Assembly (NCBI RefSeq): GCF_037042905.1
Contig: NC_087251.1
Span: forward strand, 31,932,001 to 31,996,000
Direction of reading: 5' to 3'
Origin: Lytechinus pictus
Lineage: Eukaryota
Length of the DNA stretch: 64,000 nt
In this document: positions 12,101 through 22,900 of the stretch, in pieces
Numbering within the stretch: position 1 is the stretch's first letter
How the letters are laid out: each line of letters begins with the position of its first letter
Notes under the pieces: model-generated
What the model saw: only the letters and a program-made list of their open reading frames with translations
What the model was told of the DNA's origin: nothing
Databases searched by the model: none
Translations under genes and position numbers: made by a program

Positions 12101-13653
12101 AGGAAAAATAAAGTATTGCAGAAAATTTCATAAAAACTATGATTCAAAATTTTAAAAATTACTATTTTGACATTGAGAAATTTGCCTAATTTTACAAAAC
12201 AATTATATGCTCATCTTGGTCAATGTGCAAATTACAGAACCGATTATGTCACACACACACTCTAATTTCTTGTGTATTTTTTTTGTTTGATACATGTACA
12301 TGACATGTATATTTTATTTTTTCTCATTTTCTTTAACAAATTTTGAGAGGGATTTTAATTCGTCCATTAACATTCGTAGTTTCCATGAATGTAACATATT
12401 GTGATTCGATGAAGAGTTTTTATATCAAATTTGCTAAAATTGATATAATAAAATGCAACCAAAATTTAGAAAGTAATGTGATGTGAGTGACATAATCAAC
12501 TGTATTTGCATACCATTGTTTTGTGTATATAACTGTTTTGTGTTAAAAAAGGGAAATTTCTGTATTAATTCAAAGATTTTTTGTTGATGTGCACTTGACC
12601 TTTAACTCACTTCCCTACCCACCCCTGCCCAAATAAGTGTAATCAAGAACTTGAAAATCAAAAGTGATTAAGAAGAAGTAAGATTTAATCATAGTTTTTA
12701 ATAGCTCCATGATTTAATAATACAGGCCTAAATAGAAATTGACATGAAAGTAAAAAGAGAATAAAGCTGGGTAGGAACGGGGAAGGAATATGATTTAACA
12801 AAAAGCAAAAATATATCCACATCATCCCCCGAAAAAAAAAAACACATCCCGGCGGGTTTGATCCAGGGTCCCTGCACTCGTCAAAACATTGTGCTTACGT
12901 AAGTTGCCACAGATTGCTTTCATACTACTTCCGGGTTTTTAATGCTATATGAAATGGTGTAAGTCTGTGCGCCGCTGTTGACCAATCAGAACGCAGCGTT
13001 TGGAGCGGGACGACCCACGTGACGCGTCTGTCGTCTGTAATGGTCGAATGTCGGGCTACAACACGCAAGTCTACGGGGATTTTCGGTGGAAGAATCGGTC
13101 ATCGACTTTGTCGTGCGAGGTCGTGATGGGCTGGGAGTGCGGCGAGTCCGTGAAGAGTGGCAGGCCCGACACGCGGTGCGATTTAGGAGCCCGGGCATGG
13201 CGGATCCTGGGAGGAGATACGGTTCAACCGATCACCCCCCTTCGGGCTTAGAGTATTCATGTAATAGATACATACATGTACATATAACTGTTTAAAAAAA
13301 ATATTGCTACCCTTTAAATTACAATATCTTTTCTACTAGTAATTGTTTCAAATCAATAAATCTGGTTTACTTTTTTTTTCTTGATAACTTTGAAAGTCTG
13401 TACTGGGATCCCACCTTTCAGATACAAGTATGAATTTCTCCTTCTTAACCATTTTTTTTTCAGGCATAAAAACTTCTTTTTAATTGACCCGTGGTAGATG
13501 ATTTCTTAGTTTTAAGTATTTGTCTGTTGCTGTAATTCCAAGTAGCATCCTTTTTGTGTGTGTGTTTTCATTACCGTACAGAATGGAGACGGCTATATTG
13601 ATAATCAACAGAAACTGAACAAGATCATTGAGGCCGTCAAGGCAGCTCTTTGA
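6146..13653 (+). CDS. SELENOW: Selenoprotein W-like (Rdx family), 5'-partial; coding exons 6146-6199, 7997-8071, 13582-13653
   Basis: AG/GT-bounded phase-0 exons translate YQRLKADLEEEFGSDVEM | TGVSTPEVTGYLEVEVNGSLVHSKK | NGDGYIDNQQKLNKIIEAVKAAL*, colinear with vertebrate SelW (YLQLKKKLEDEFPG...[29 protein letters not shown]...AIKAAL, from memory). A SECIS follows downstream. The N-terminal CxxU exons were not found in 1-6145. Confidence 0.9.
6270..7092. repeat. Degenerate foldback-like element built of about 15-bp tandem units
   Basis: ggacaactaccccta-like units at 6270-6710 and inverted units taggggnagttgtcc at about 6925-7092. Confidence 0.6.
7095..7960. mobile_element. HINE/DINE-1-like element, family A, interrupted by MITE 7209-7779
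   Basis: tttatacgcctgtcctagacggg start, (GTCC/GTCT)n microsatellite at 7142-7166, subterminal ggcgggcgtaat, 3' stem-loop tcgccttagcga, T-rich flanks. Confidence 0.7.
7209..7779. mobile_element. Palindromic TTAA MITE (Kolobok-like)
   Basis: TTAA (7205-08)|AGGAAACCAAAA ... TTTTGGTTTCCT|TTAA (7780-83); inverted arms of about 200 bp or more; empty-site paralog at about 5870. Confidence 0.9.
8641..9511. mobile_element. HINE-like element, family B, with internal tandem repeats
   Basis: Subterminal IR gtctcgcctgca/tgcaggcgagac, 5' hairpin, (GGC)n remnant, about 160-190 bp tandem units containing aggtcacatgaccaaggtcaaaggtca, 3' stem-loop gccagaggc, inserted in a T run. Confidence 0.75.
10939..11944. 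mobile_element. HINE-like element, family B, copy 2
   Basis: Same termini as 8641-9511 (gtctcacctgca/tgcaggtgagac, gccagaggc stem-loop); expanded (GGC/GAC)n microsatellite at about 10988-11057; tandem units with DR1 motifs. Confidence 0.8.
12062..12601. mobile_element. Degenerate TTAA MITE related to 422-997
   Basis: aggagaagtccacc ... gtgcacttgacct|ttaa; shares internal motifs with the family. Confidence 0.55.
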
Positions 13654-13733
13654 TTCTTGACAACATTCAGCAACACAGGTATGTCTTCTTGGGGAAACCA
13701 GTCAGAGCTGTATTGCAGACATGTAAATCTTAA

Positions 13734-14154
13734 GGCCACCGCACACCTTACGACTGTTTGCGATCTGATTTTGGAACAAATTGCATTTCGCTCATTTTCT
13801 GAAAATGTGAATGGAACATATCATTTTATTTGAGGTTAAAATTAATTGAAAGAATACTAATAATAAATATAAACATTTTGGAAGATTGCAAGCCTTTATT
13901 TTCGAGTAAAGGTCAAATTAGTTTCAAATCCTAGCCAATCTTATGACTGCTATGACGTCATTACGACTAGATATTAAATTTGCTTTTATTCTAAGAAGGT
14001 TGATATCATAGTCACAGATTTGAACATAGGTATTCGTACAATGATTTCGAACATTACACAATAAGATATTCCAAGTCTCAATATTAGCATCAAATTCTAC
14101 TACATTTTATTACAAAATTGAGTCGCAGACTAAATCGTAAGGTGTGCGGTCGCC
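13734..14154. mobile_element. MITE with GGCCACCGCACACCTTACGA termini (PIF/Harbinger-like, tentative)
   Basis: taa|ggccaccgcacaccttacga ... tcgtaaggtgtgcggtcgcc; the right end is the target of the 14156-14708 insertion. Confidence 0.65.
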
Positions 14155-14155
14155 T

Positions 14156-14708
14156 CCCGGGGAGGGGGGGGGGCCACTTACATTGAAGAGTGGATACCAT
14201 GCGCGACCAAAAAAACACGTAAAAGGGATGTCTTTACGTACGTAACTTGATGAGGGTGTCAAAAACACAAAAATAATGAAAAAAGGGTATCTTTATCGCT
14301 AGGAAAGTTACGAGTTTAGGGTCAAATTTGCGGGGATGATAAAACAAAATTAAAATGTTTTATAAAGGATGTCCTTTTTGCCCCAACACTACGTGTTTAG
14401 AGTCCAATTTGCACGAGGTGTGGAAGGTGGGGTCGTACTAAACCAAATGATGTGTAAAGGTAAAACCAACGACCGAAGGACCCGTGACATAACAATAAAA
14501 TATTCCTGTACTTGTTTAGGGGTTCATTTCAGGGAATACTTGCCAAGAGTATCGTTTTGTTTCCAATATTTGTTAAGGGTAGGGTTTCACACGCCAAATC
14601 TTGTTAAGGGGTGCATTTTCGGAATATGGAAAATACATGCTTAGGGTGCTTTTTTAGACCCCATGGTCGCACATGGTATCCACTCGTCAATGGAAGTGGC
14701 CCCCCGGG
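14156..14708. mobile_element. About 550-bp MITE with CCCGGG termini and 8-bp TSD, copy 1
   Basis: TIR CCCGGG(G)nCCACTTACATTGA.GAGTGGATACCATGCGCGACCA; flanks ggtcgcct/cgtcgcct (7 of 8 match); highly similar to 33303-33853. Confidence 0.85.
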
Positions 14709-15254
14709 CGTCGCCTTTATGCCTTCAAATACATCAACAACTTCAGATTAGCATCAGCTATTTCATTTGAAAGTAAAATGTTCCTCCAATGATATTACAT
14801 TGTATCTGTACGGTCAAGGTTCAGTATAAGACACCGTATACAGTCGAGAAGTATTGTGTAATAATAATAATGACAATAGTGATAAGTCTTTAGATGTGCT
14901 GTGACAAAAAGTACCATAACGCATACAATGCATGTATATGCAATAGCAATCACAATCAGTGCAAGAAAAATTGAGAAATAGATTTCTGAGGAAAAGGTAT
15001 TGGCAGATTTGAAGCCAAGAATACCAGTAACCCTTTATTATTGGAAGACGGATGGCATTCTAGGTCTTCAGCAAAACGTTTTTCGGTAGAGTTTTGACAG
15101 GAATGCAATTTCTGAATATGTCGATAGTTGAATTGGTGTGTAGTTTTAGGTATTGACTATGCTTTTTCCTGAATCCTTACTGCGTTATTACTTATTACTT
15201 GCAAAAAAAAGAAAGGAAAAACCTAATGTATATAAATGTTCTTATCCTTTGCAG

Positions 15255-15420
15255 CTAAACAGCTCCGCATTGGACATTGTGGCTATCCCTATCATGACAG
15301 AAACACCCCAAAAGTAGTTCCGGCTATTCGGGTATTTCTCGAGACTCTACAGGGAGACACCAGGCTGTCCAAGATGGAAGGATTTGACTGTGTCAATTAT
15401 TATTTTCTTTGATGTGGTAT
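15255..15420 (+). other. SELENOW: Non-coding 3'UTR exon of the SelW-like gene (3' end undetermined)
   Basis: Donor ACAG|GTATGT at 13678/13679, 25 nt after the stop; acceptor ttcttatcctttgcag| at 15254/15255; the exon contains the SECIS. Confidence 0.75.
15286..15355 (+). promoter_or_regulatory. SECIS element (type II-like)
   Basis: Helix I TCCCT (15286-90)/AGGGA (15351-55); core ATGAC (15294-98)/CGAG (15340-43); helix II AGAAACACCC/GGGTATTTCT (9 of 10 pairs); unpaired AAAA; apical mini-stem GTAG/CTAT. Confidence 0.9.
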
Positions 15421-15775
15421 TGTGCAGTGTAGACTAGAATTAATATGGTGTAATTGGTAGCATGTTAAAAGGGAGTTTATTTTAAGAAAAAAAACATTAT
15501 TCTTTAACATTGGGTTACTTATAAAGAAAAAGGCCCCATGATGTTATGCAAGTTTCTTATTTTGCTTTCTCCATTTTCATTATTTACAACCACAGAAAGT
15601 TACTGCACAGGATGGAAATACTTTAAAGCAAAAAACACAAGAACCTGACTTGGGGGTAATTAAAGTGCAGTTGTTTGATCTTGGTGATACTCATGATACC
15701 ATATTCATGTATGTTTCATATGCCTCAGACCCTTTTGAGATATATAATTGAAGTAATATGGTACCTGACCCTTAA

Positions 15776-16362
15776 AGGGGAATCCAGCCTTGGCCATAAA
15801 ATATTGTGTTGGGAAGGAGAAAAATAAATTAAACAGAATGGTGAAAGTTTGAAAGAAAGTAATAAGAAAGTTATAGCTGCTTTAAAATTGAGATCACTAA
15901 TACTATGTAGATTTCAAATTGGCAACTGGGTAAGTAAATTATGACAAGGGGCAAGGACAACTTTCCCATAGGCCATGTACTTTATTATCAGGGATTTGTG
16001 GTTTTCTCCTAAGTACCCATTCCCCTGGGGCAGTAATCTAAATATAACCCAGGTAGTATATTGTTTTATGTCCTCATGAAACAAAAATATAATTTGAAAT
16101 AAAACTTTTGGGAAAAATGACATTTTAGCCATAATATGTATTGGAGTACATGGAAGGGTAGTCCTTGCCTTACATCACTATGACATCCCATATGCGGCCA
16201 ATTTGAAGTCTCCATGGGTATAGTGATTACCAATATTTACAACTTTTAAAAATTCATAACTTTTTTGTTGTTTGTCCAATATTGTTCAAACTTTCACCTC
16301 TCAACTTGTCTGATTTTTCTTTTCCTTATAAAAACAAGTTTTTATTTGGGTTGGATTCCCCT
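15776..16362. mobile_element. TTAA MITE (Kolobok-like)
   Basis: TTAA|AGGGGAATCCAGCC ... GGTTGGATTCCCCT|TTAA. Confidence 0.85.
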
Positions 16363-17369
16363 TTAACTTTAGGGGAATACAGAAAATCAATAATTGATTT
16401 TATGAGGTCTTCATGTTACGACTATATTCCTCACCAAGCAGAGTGATGATACATAAAAATAAAACTAAAGATAACATGAAAATAGACTATGCACCAAGAC
16501 TGAAAATATGATTAACCTTTTTTTTTTACAATTGACATTTGGAATGTGCTTTGAATTTCAGAAAAAAAAATTATAATTGCAACTCTCAAACCTTCCTATG
16601 GTTAGCTAATCTGAGGTGGGACTGGCCTGGCATCAATGGCTTGCTGATGATTCTGTCAGAGGCATTTTATATAAATCCACATATTCCATGGTATGTACTG
16701 ATATCATGTGTACATTACATGTAATGCATGAATAATGATTTTTTTGCAAATGAAATATTTTGTTCAAATTAACATTTATATTAACTTTAATAGATTAGTT
16801 GATTAACATGTATACACAGAACTCTATTACCAGATTCATGTATCCCAATGAAAAGCAACTGTGTTTAGCATGGGCTGAAGCAACTTTAGACGATTTCAGT
16901 TCAAACACACCAAAGTACCAGATTTATTCAGATACTTAATATTTCATGCCAAAGATATTTCCGCAATGAACATGTTTTGTCTGTCAATTTATTCTGACAG
17001 GTATCCTAAGCTTGTCAATGAACAATTATCATTTTAGAATGTGTATTATATTGGCAGATTCATTTCCAATCTTGATGATCTTGATTTTCTTCAGAACCAT
17101 ATAACATGTCATGGTGTTGGGATTTGTTTAATGAAGTGCCTATTTTCACTTTTCTTGTTTTCTTTTCTTTTTTCTTGAAGCTGATTAAAATAGTTTTATC
17201 ATTCTCATCAAGAATTGTTGATTCATTTCTGAATGGTTTATATTGTGTTATGATTTTAAAGAGAATGCTGGGTATTATGCACCATGAGACAATGTAGGCC
17301 TGCATTTTATTTGTTGGTATGGTTGTCATTGTGTTGCAGAAGACTCAATTGGAAAGAGACCAAAGTGTA

Positions 17370-19350
17370 AAAATGAGGAGAGAGCGATGGGGTGGGTGAG
17401 ATAGGAAGGAGATTGAATGGGAGTTAAAAGGAATTAATTGAAAAGATCGGAAGGGGATCCTAAGTGTAAATCTGAGGAGAGAGGGCAGGTGAAAGAGAAA
17501 GATTGGATGCGAGTGGTAAGGGATTGGCTTAAAAGATTAGAAATGGGGGGGGGGGGGGAGGGGTGGTTAAAGTGTTAAACAGAGGAGATGGGTGGGGATA
17601 GATAAAGTAGATTGGATGGGAGTGGTAAAGGATTGACTAAAATGATTAGAAGGAGGATTGAAGTGTAAAACTGAGGAGGGGGGGGGGGGTGAGAGATAAA
17701 GTCGATTGGATGCAACCGCGTAGCCAGGATTTCATTTTGGAGGGGGCGGTATAAATGCACGCGAAGCGTGCCAACACTTACAGAGCGCGCGAAGCGCGCT
17801 CCCTAGGGGGTGGGTGCAGGGAGGGAGAGTTTCCCCCTCCCGCGCGAAGCGCGAAGCTTTTGGTGTGTCATAAATTAAAATGAAAAGGAGCCGTCTCTCT
17901 TGTCTCTAGTACCTATATCAGCTCCAATTCAGTTGACTTTATTGTGATTTTGAACCTTGTTTTCAAAAGTGATTGTGAACGCACAAAAAGGAATACAATG
18001 GAGGAAATTAAAAATCATAATAACCCAGCGCGGAAGCTAAAGCGTTTTTTCATTTTTTTTGCCATGAAAAGGGTCCCGAGAAAAGGGTATTCTCAAAGAT
18101 ATATTGAATACTTCCCTTGAAAATATCGGATTTGATTACAATCAATTTAGCGACAGTGCATATCTTTAACTCGCAAAACAGAGGAGAAGAAGTGTATATG
18201 CCGGGAGGAAGATATTCCTCCCCGCGCAGAGCAATAAAACTCTGAAATTTCAAAGGGCGGACGTTTCATCAAATGCAGATATGTCTAATACCCCATCGGC
18301 TCTAATTCAATTGATAACCTAAGATTATTGAACTTCATTACAAGGAAAATAGTGCGCAAAAAGTTGAAACTTCTGTGATTTATTAAAATTATATAAAAAA
18401 GGATGCCTAATTTCTTTGACTTATACTGAAGCGCTTCATTTTGAATTATAAAGAAACCTAAGTGTCATTCAAAATTTCAAACTGAGGGCGCAAAATAGGA
18501 CAGGAGATGAATGTGCAGGGAAATAACATGAAGATTAATAGAATTTGAAAAAAAATATTGTACTTTTTTATTTAATACGACACGAATTTTATACATTCCT
18601 CTTTTTAAATTAGGAATTTGTTTGCCCCAAATTATGGTTGTTTAGTAATGACCTGAAAAGCGGGAGAAGTTGACTTTATGGAGGTGACGGCAGAAATTGA
18701 TATAAAGATTTTACCCGCCCGGAGCCGACCCGACCAGAAGTTGCGCGATCAATTAAAAAAAAAGATAACTTCATATACTTCGGCCTAACCTTACTCTAAT
18801 TCCATGCACTAATCTATACATTTGAACTTTAACTGGCAAGAAACACATATAGCTGAGGTGGAAAAGCAGGGTTAGAGAAAGGGTGGGGGAAACAATGGAG
18901 AACTTCAATATTGTCATTTAACCGCGCGCAGCGCGGAAGCAAAATTCATTTATAAATTTACAGGAAGAGTGAAGGAGTTTCTCTTTTGAGAAAAAAAAAA
19001 GAATAAAAAGAAAAAAAAAACGACAAAGCTACCTTTGTTCCCTTTCCTCCCTTCCCTTTTCCTTTTTTCCTCTCTTTTTTCCCTTCTTTTTTTTCTTTTT
19101 GGGGACGTTTTGGGGGGGGCGACTGCCCCCACCGCCCCCCCCTGGCTACGCGCGCGCCTGATTGGATGGGAGTGGTAAAGGATTGACTAAAATGATTAGA
19201 AGGAGGATTGAAGTGTAAAACTGAGGAGGGGGGGGGGGGGTGAGAGATAAAGTAGATTGGTTGGGAGTGGTAAAGATTGACTTGAAGATTGGTAGGAGAA
19301 TCGAAGTGCAAAACTGAGGACAGCCAGGGTGGGGTGGGTGAAAGAGAGAC
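17370..19350. repeat. Purine-rich tandem repeat of about 100 bp, split by the hAT insertion
   Basis: attggatgggagtggtaaaggattgactaaaatgattagaaggaggattgaagtgtaaaactgaggag(G)n units occur on both sides of 17713-19160. Confidence 0.75.
17713..19160. mobile_element. Non-autonomous hAT-type element, 1448 bp, copy 1
   Basis: 8-bp TSD ATTGGATG (17705-12 and 19161-68); termini CAACCGCGTAGCCAGG ... CCTGGCTACGCGCGCGCCTG; no transposase ORF. Confidence 0.9.
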
Positions 19351-19859
19351 GTGGATAACTGGGCACAGTGGGGGAAAACAAGAGGGGAGCAAATCTCAGA
19401 AGATATAGGGGTGGATGGAGGAGAGAGAAAGTATTATGGTAAACCCGGATGGTTGCCCCTTTGGTTATTAGGGGGAAGAGAATGATCGGGAAGGGGGGGG
19501 GGGCAAACCTGAATGTATTGAATACCTGGGGAGGGGGCCAGTGTCAGCTGGTGGGACAGAGGCATAGCGATATATTACGAGTTTGCATCCGGTCAGGATA
19601 TCTATGGATAGGAGTAATAAATCTAGAAAAGGTATAAAGGAGAAAGTGTGATTGCTATATCGATTGCTATAGCCTAGGAATAGGTGGAATAAAAGGGGGG
19701 GGGGAGAATCCAATACAAAACATGATGGAGATATGGAATGAGATTTAAAACAAAATAATTTTCGGATGGTAAATTTAATATAGATATCGAGGGAGTAAAT
19801 CAGTTGAATTATCACACTGTCCAGTCCAAATTATTTCTCTATGTACCAGTCCCATTGAA

Positions 19860-19927
19860 TTGAATTGCATTCGATCGATCGATCGATCAAGCGGATATAG
19901 ATCACGTGACATTTGTTTGTAGACAAC
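19860..19927 (+). promoter_or_regulatory. Probable DPY30 proximal promoter/5'UTR
   Basis: (GATC)n run at about 19872-19888 and palindromic E-box TCACGTGA at 19902-19909 just upstream of CAACATGG (good Kozak context). Confidence 0.4.
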
Positions 19928-22900
19928 ATGGCCGAAGGTAAACACGAATTAATCTTTCTTCTGTTTGTTGCATTTTTGTATTTTTCGATCTTGTCTTAAT
20001 CAATTTATGTTATTAATCATTTTAAGAAATGAGTTCTCATTGAAATTATATTCTTTTGCATGACATTGATGAAATATGTGCAACAATATTAATCGTTAAA
20101 ACCAATCGCACGGCAACTTGCAATTTTTAAGTGTTGTCCCACATGATACGATTTTTGTTTGTGGTTAAAGTTGGAGGCTACATGTACCGGTACGGTAGTT
20201 TTGCCTAGCGCGGCGGCGGCTGCCTTAGCTTCGCCTTCGGTCGCGCGGGGGGGGGGGGGGGGGGGGGGGGGTGGTGGGGGGGGGTATGTGATGTGCGGGT
20301 TTATTAACTTTAACAGCAATGACATTTTTTCTATTGCTTGTCATTTTTTATCCTGTAGTGGGCAAAATCGTGATATAGGCCCCGCTCGAGAAAAACTTGT
20401 AATCGATCATACCTCAATATCTAGGTTGCTAACTTCAGCTCACTATATATACTCGTGATATAGGCCCCGCTGCTGTGTTGAATGGCTCAGAATGTCCGTT
20501 CGCGGGGCCTGTTTCACGAGTATAAAACTATAATCGTTATATAGGCCCCGCACTACGGCACTTCAGGCACTCCAACACAGTAGCGGGGCCTATATCACGA
20601 GTATATTATTAAGCTTGCATCCTAAGATAATCGCGAAACTGGCCCCGTCCAATGCGCTTTTCCCAGCATTCGCACGTGCGTGGGGCTCGGATGACGGCTA
20701 TTAGTATACTCGTTATCGAGGCCCCTTGCACTGTTATATCATGGAAAATAACGTGGTCATGGGGCTTGTTTCCCCGGCCGGTGAGAATTATCATGGGCAG
20801 CGCTGGAGGGGGGAGGGCCTCCAATTTATTTTCCAAATAAACAAGGAGAGAGAATAATAAAAATGTGTATGTATTTACTTCTTCAGAAATTTATTTGTCA
20901 ATTTACTTAAATATCAATATAGTTATTAACTTATATATTTATCAATCTATTTCTATTGAATTAATTAATGTATTTTATTCATCATTTAATTTATTTGTTT
21001 TCGGTTTATTTTTCTTTTGTGATATAGAGAGCCAGAGGTATCATTTATTTCAATCTATTTTAATTGATTAATAAATCATTTAATTTATTTGTTTTCAGTT
21101 TTTTTTTCGTTTGTGATATAGAGAGTAAGAGGTATCATTCGTTTTTAATTATTTCTATGTGTGGAAGTTCATTTATTTCAGTCTATTTTAATTGATTAAT
21201 TAATGCATTTATATTGATTAATTAATGTTTTTATATTTATTCATTAATCATTTAATTTATTTGTTTTCAGTTTTTTTGTCTTTTGTGATGTAGAGAGTCA
21301 GAGATATCATTCGTTTTTAATTAGTTTTATGTGTGGAAGTTCATTTATTTATTTATTTATCAATCTATTTTAATTGATTAATTAATATATTTATATTTAT
21401 TCATTAATCATTTAATTTATTTGTATTAATATTTTTCCTTTTGTGATATAGAGAGCCAGAGGTATCATTCGTTTTTAATTATTTTTATGTGTGGAAGTTC
21501 AATTATTTCAGTCTATTTTAATTGATTGATTAATGTATTTATATTGATTAATTAATGTCTTTATATTTATTCATTAATCATTTAATTAATTTGTTTTCAG
21601 TTTTTTTGTCTTTTGTGATGTAGAGAGTCAGAGGTATCATTCGTTTTTAATTATTTTTATGTGTGGAAGTTCATTTATTTATTTATCAATCTATATTGAT
21701 TGATTAATATATTTATTCATTAATCATTTAATTTATTTGTATTATTTTTTTTCTTTTGTGATATAGAGAGTCAGAGGTATCATTCGTTTTTAATTCTTTT
21801 TATGTGTGGAAGTTCATTTATTTATTTATTATCTATATATTTATTTATTATATATATATATATTTTGTTATCTGAGAGGCGTGCGTAGGCCTAGGTCTTA
21901 TGTTGATACAGGCTCGTACATTTCATTTATTTTTATTCATTCTGTAAGTTCTTGTGGATATACAAAATGATGACGGCAATCATTGTAAAGCTCAGAATAT
22001 CTACTCTTTCACCTGGTATCCTCAGAAGATTCATCGATCATTCAGGCATGAATGACTTTAACAATTTGAAGAAAGTATAGATATACAATCTAAATTTAAA
22101 AATAATCGTTTACCTTTTTTTAATTAGTCGTAGTTGAAGGGTGTTATAACCTTATTTTTCGTTACATAAAAGGAATCTATATTTTATCTAAAGGTCAAGT
22201 TCACCCCAGAAAATTGTTGATTTGAATAAATAGATTAAAAAAAATCAAACTCGCATAACGCTGGAAATGTCATCAAAATCGGATGTAAAATGAGAAAGTT
22301 GTGATATTTTAAAGTTTCGCTTATTTTTCACAAAACAGTGATATGCACAACTCATTTGCTTGCAAATGATACAGTTGATGATGTCCCTCGCTATTTCTTT
22401 AGTTTTTTTATTATTTGAATTATACAATATTTCAATTTTCACAAATTTTACAATAAGGGCCAACGTGACTGAACCATATATTCCACATGTTCAGGGAGGA
22501 ATTAATCATTGTTTCACTTGACAATGAGGAGAAAATTGGAAAATATATTTCATATAATAAAATACTAAAGAAATAGTGAGTGGGTGGCGTCATCAGTATC
22601 CTCATTTGCATACCGACCTGGATGTGCATATATAACTATTATTTTGAATTAAACTGAACTTCAAAATGTTATAACTTTCTTATTTTGCATCCGATTTTTA
22701 TGAAATTTTCAGCGTTATGATCGTTCGATTTTCTTTTATTTTTTCAAATCAATTTTTTTAAGGGTGGACTTGTCCTTTAAATTAATTTTTTATTCTTGTA
22801 TTTGTTTGTATTAAACTTTTTGTTTTATTTGATGTTAGACCAACAATTATCGTTAATTTCTCTTTTTTGAGTATGGATTTGATCTCTCTCTCTATACCGT

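Larger units (their letters stand above)
9613..13268 (-). mobile_element. Non-autonomous Helitron (about 3.65 kb including nested elements)
   Basis: Minus strand begins A|TCTATTAC at 13268 and ends hairpin CCCGTGGAA-T-TTCCACGGG plus CTCTGCTAG|T at 9613; A/T insertion site without TSD; flanks rejoin into the host MITE arm. Confidence 0.75.
8315..13415. mobile_element. Old TTAA MITE hosting nested insertions (right end approximate)
   Basis: ttaa|agggatacttcagg start; left-arm aaacagttccatacatgtcttcatgaatatgca is mirrored by tgcatattcatgaagat[Helitron]...atgtacatataactgttt. Confidence 0.5.

Noticed and set aside
20247..20284. Long poly-G runs (also about 1014, 25606, 62870) as functional G-quadruplexes
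   Set aside because: G/C homopolymers are common across this window, mostly inside repeats, and their lengths are error-prone; no specific evidence of function.
20368..20730. CRISPR-like repeat-spacer appearance
   Set aside because: Repeats switch orientation, spacer lengths are irregular, the block is mirrored in the other TIR, there are no cas genes and the DNA is eukaryotic.
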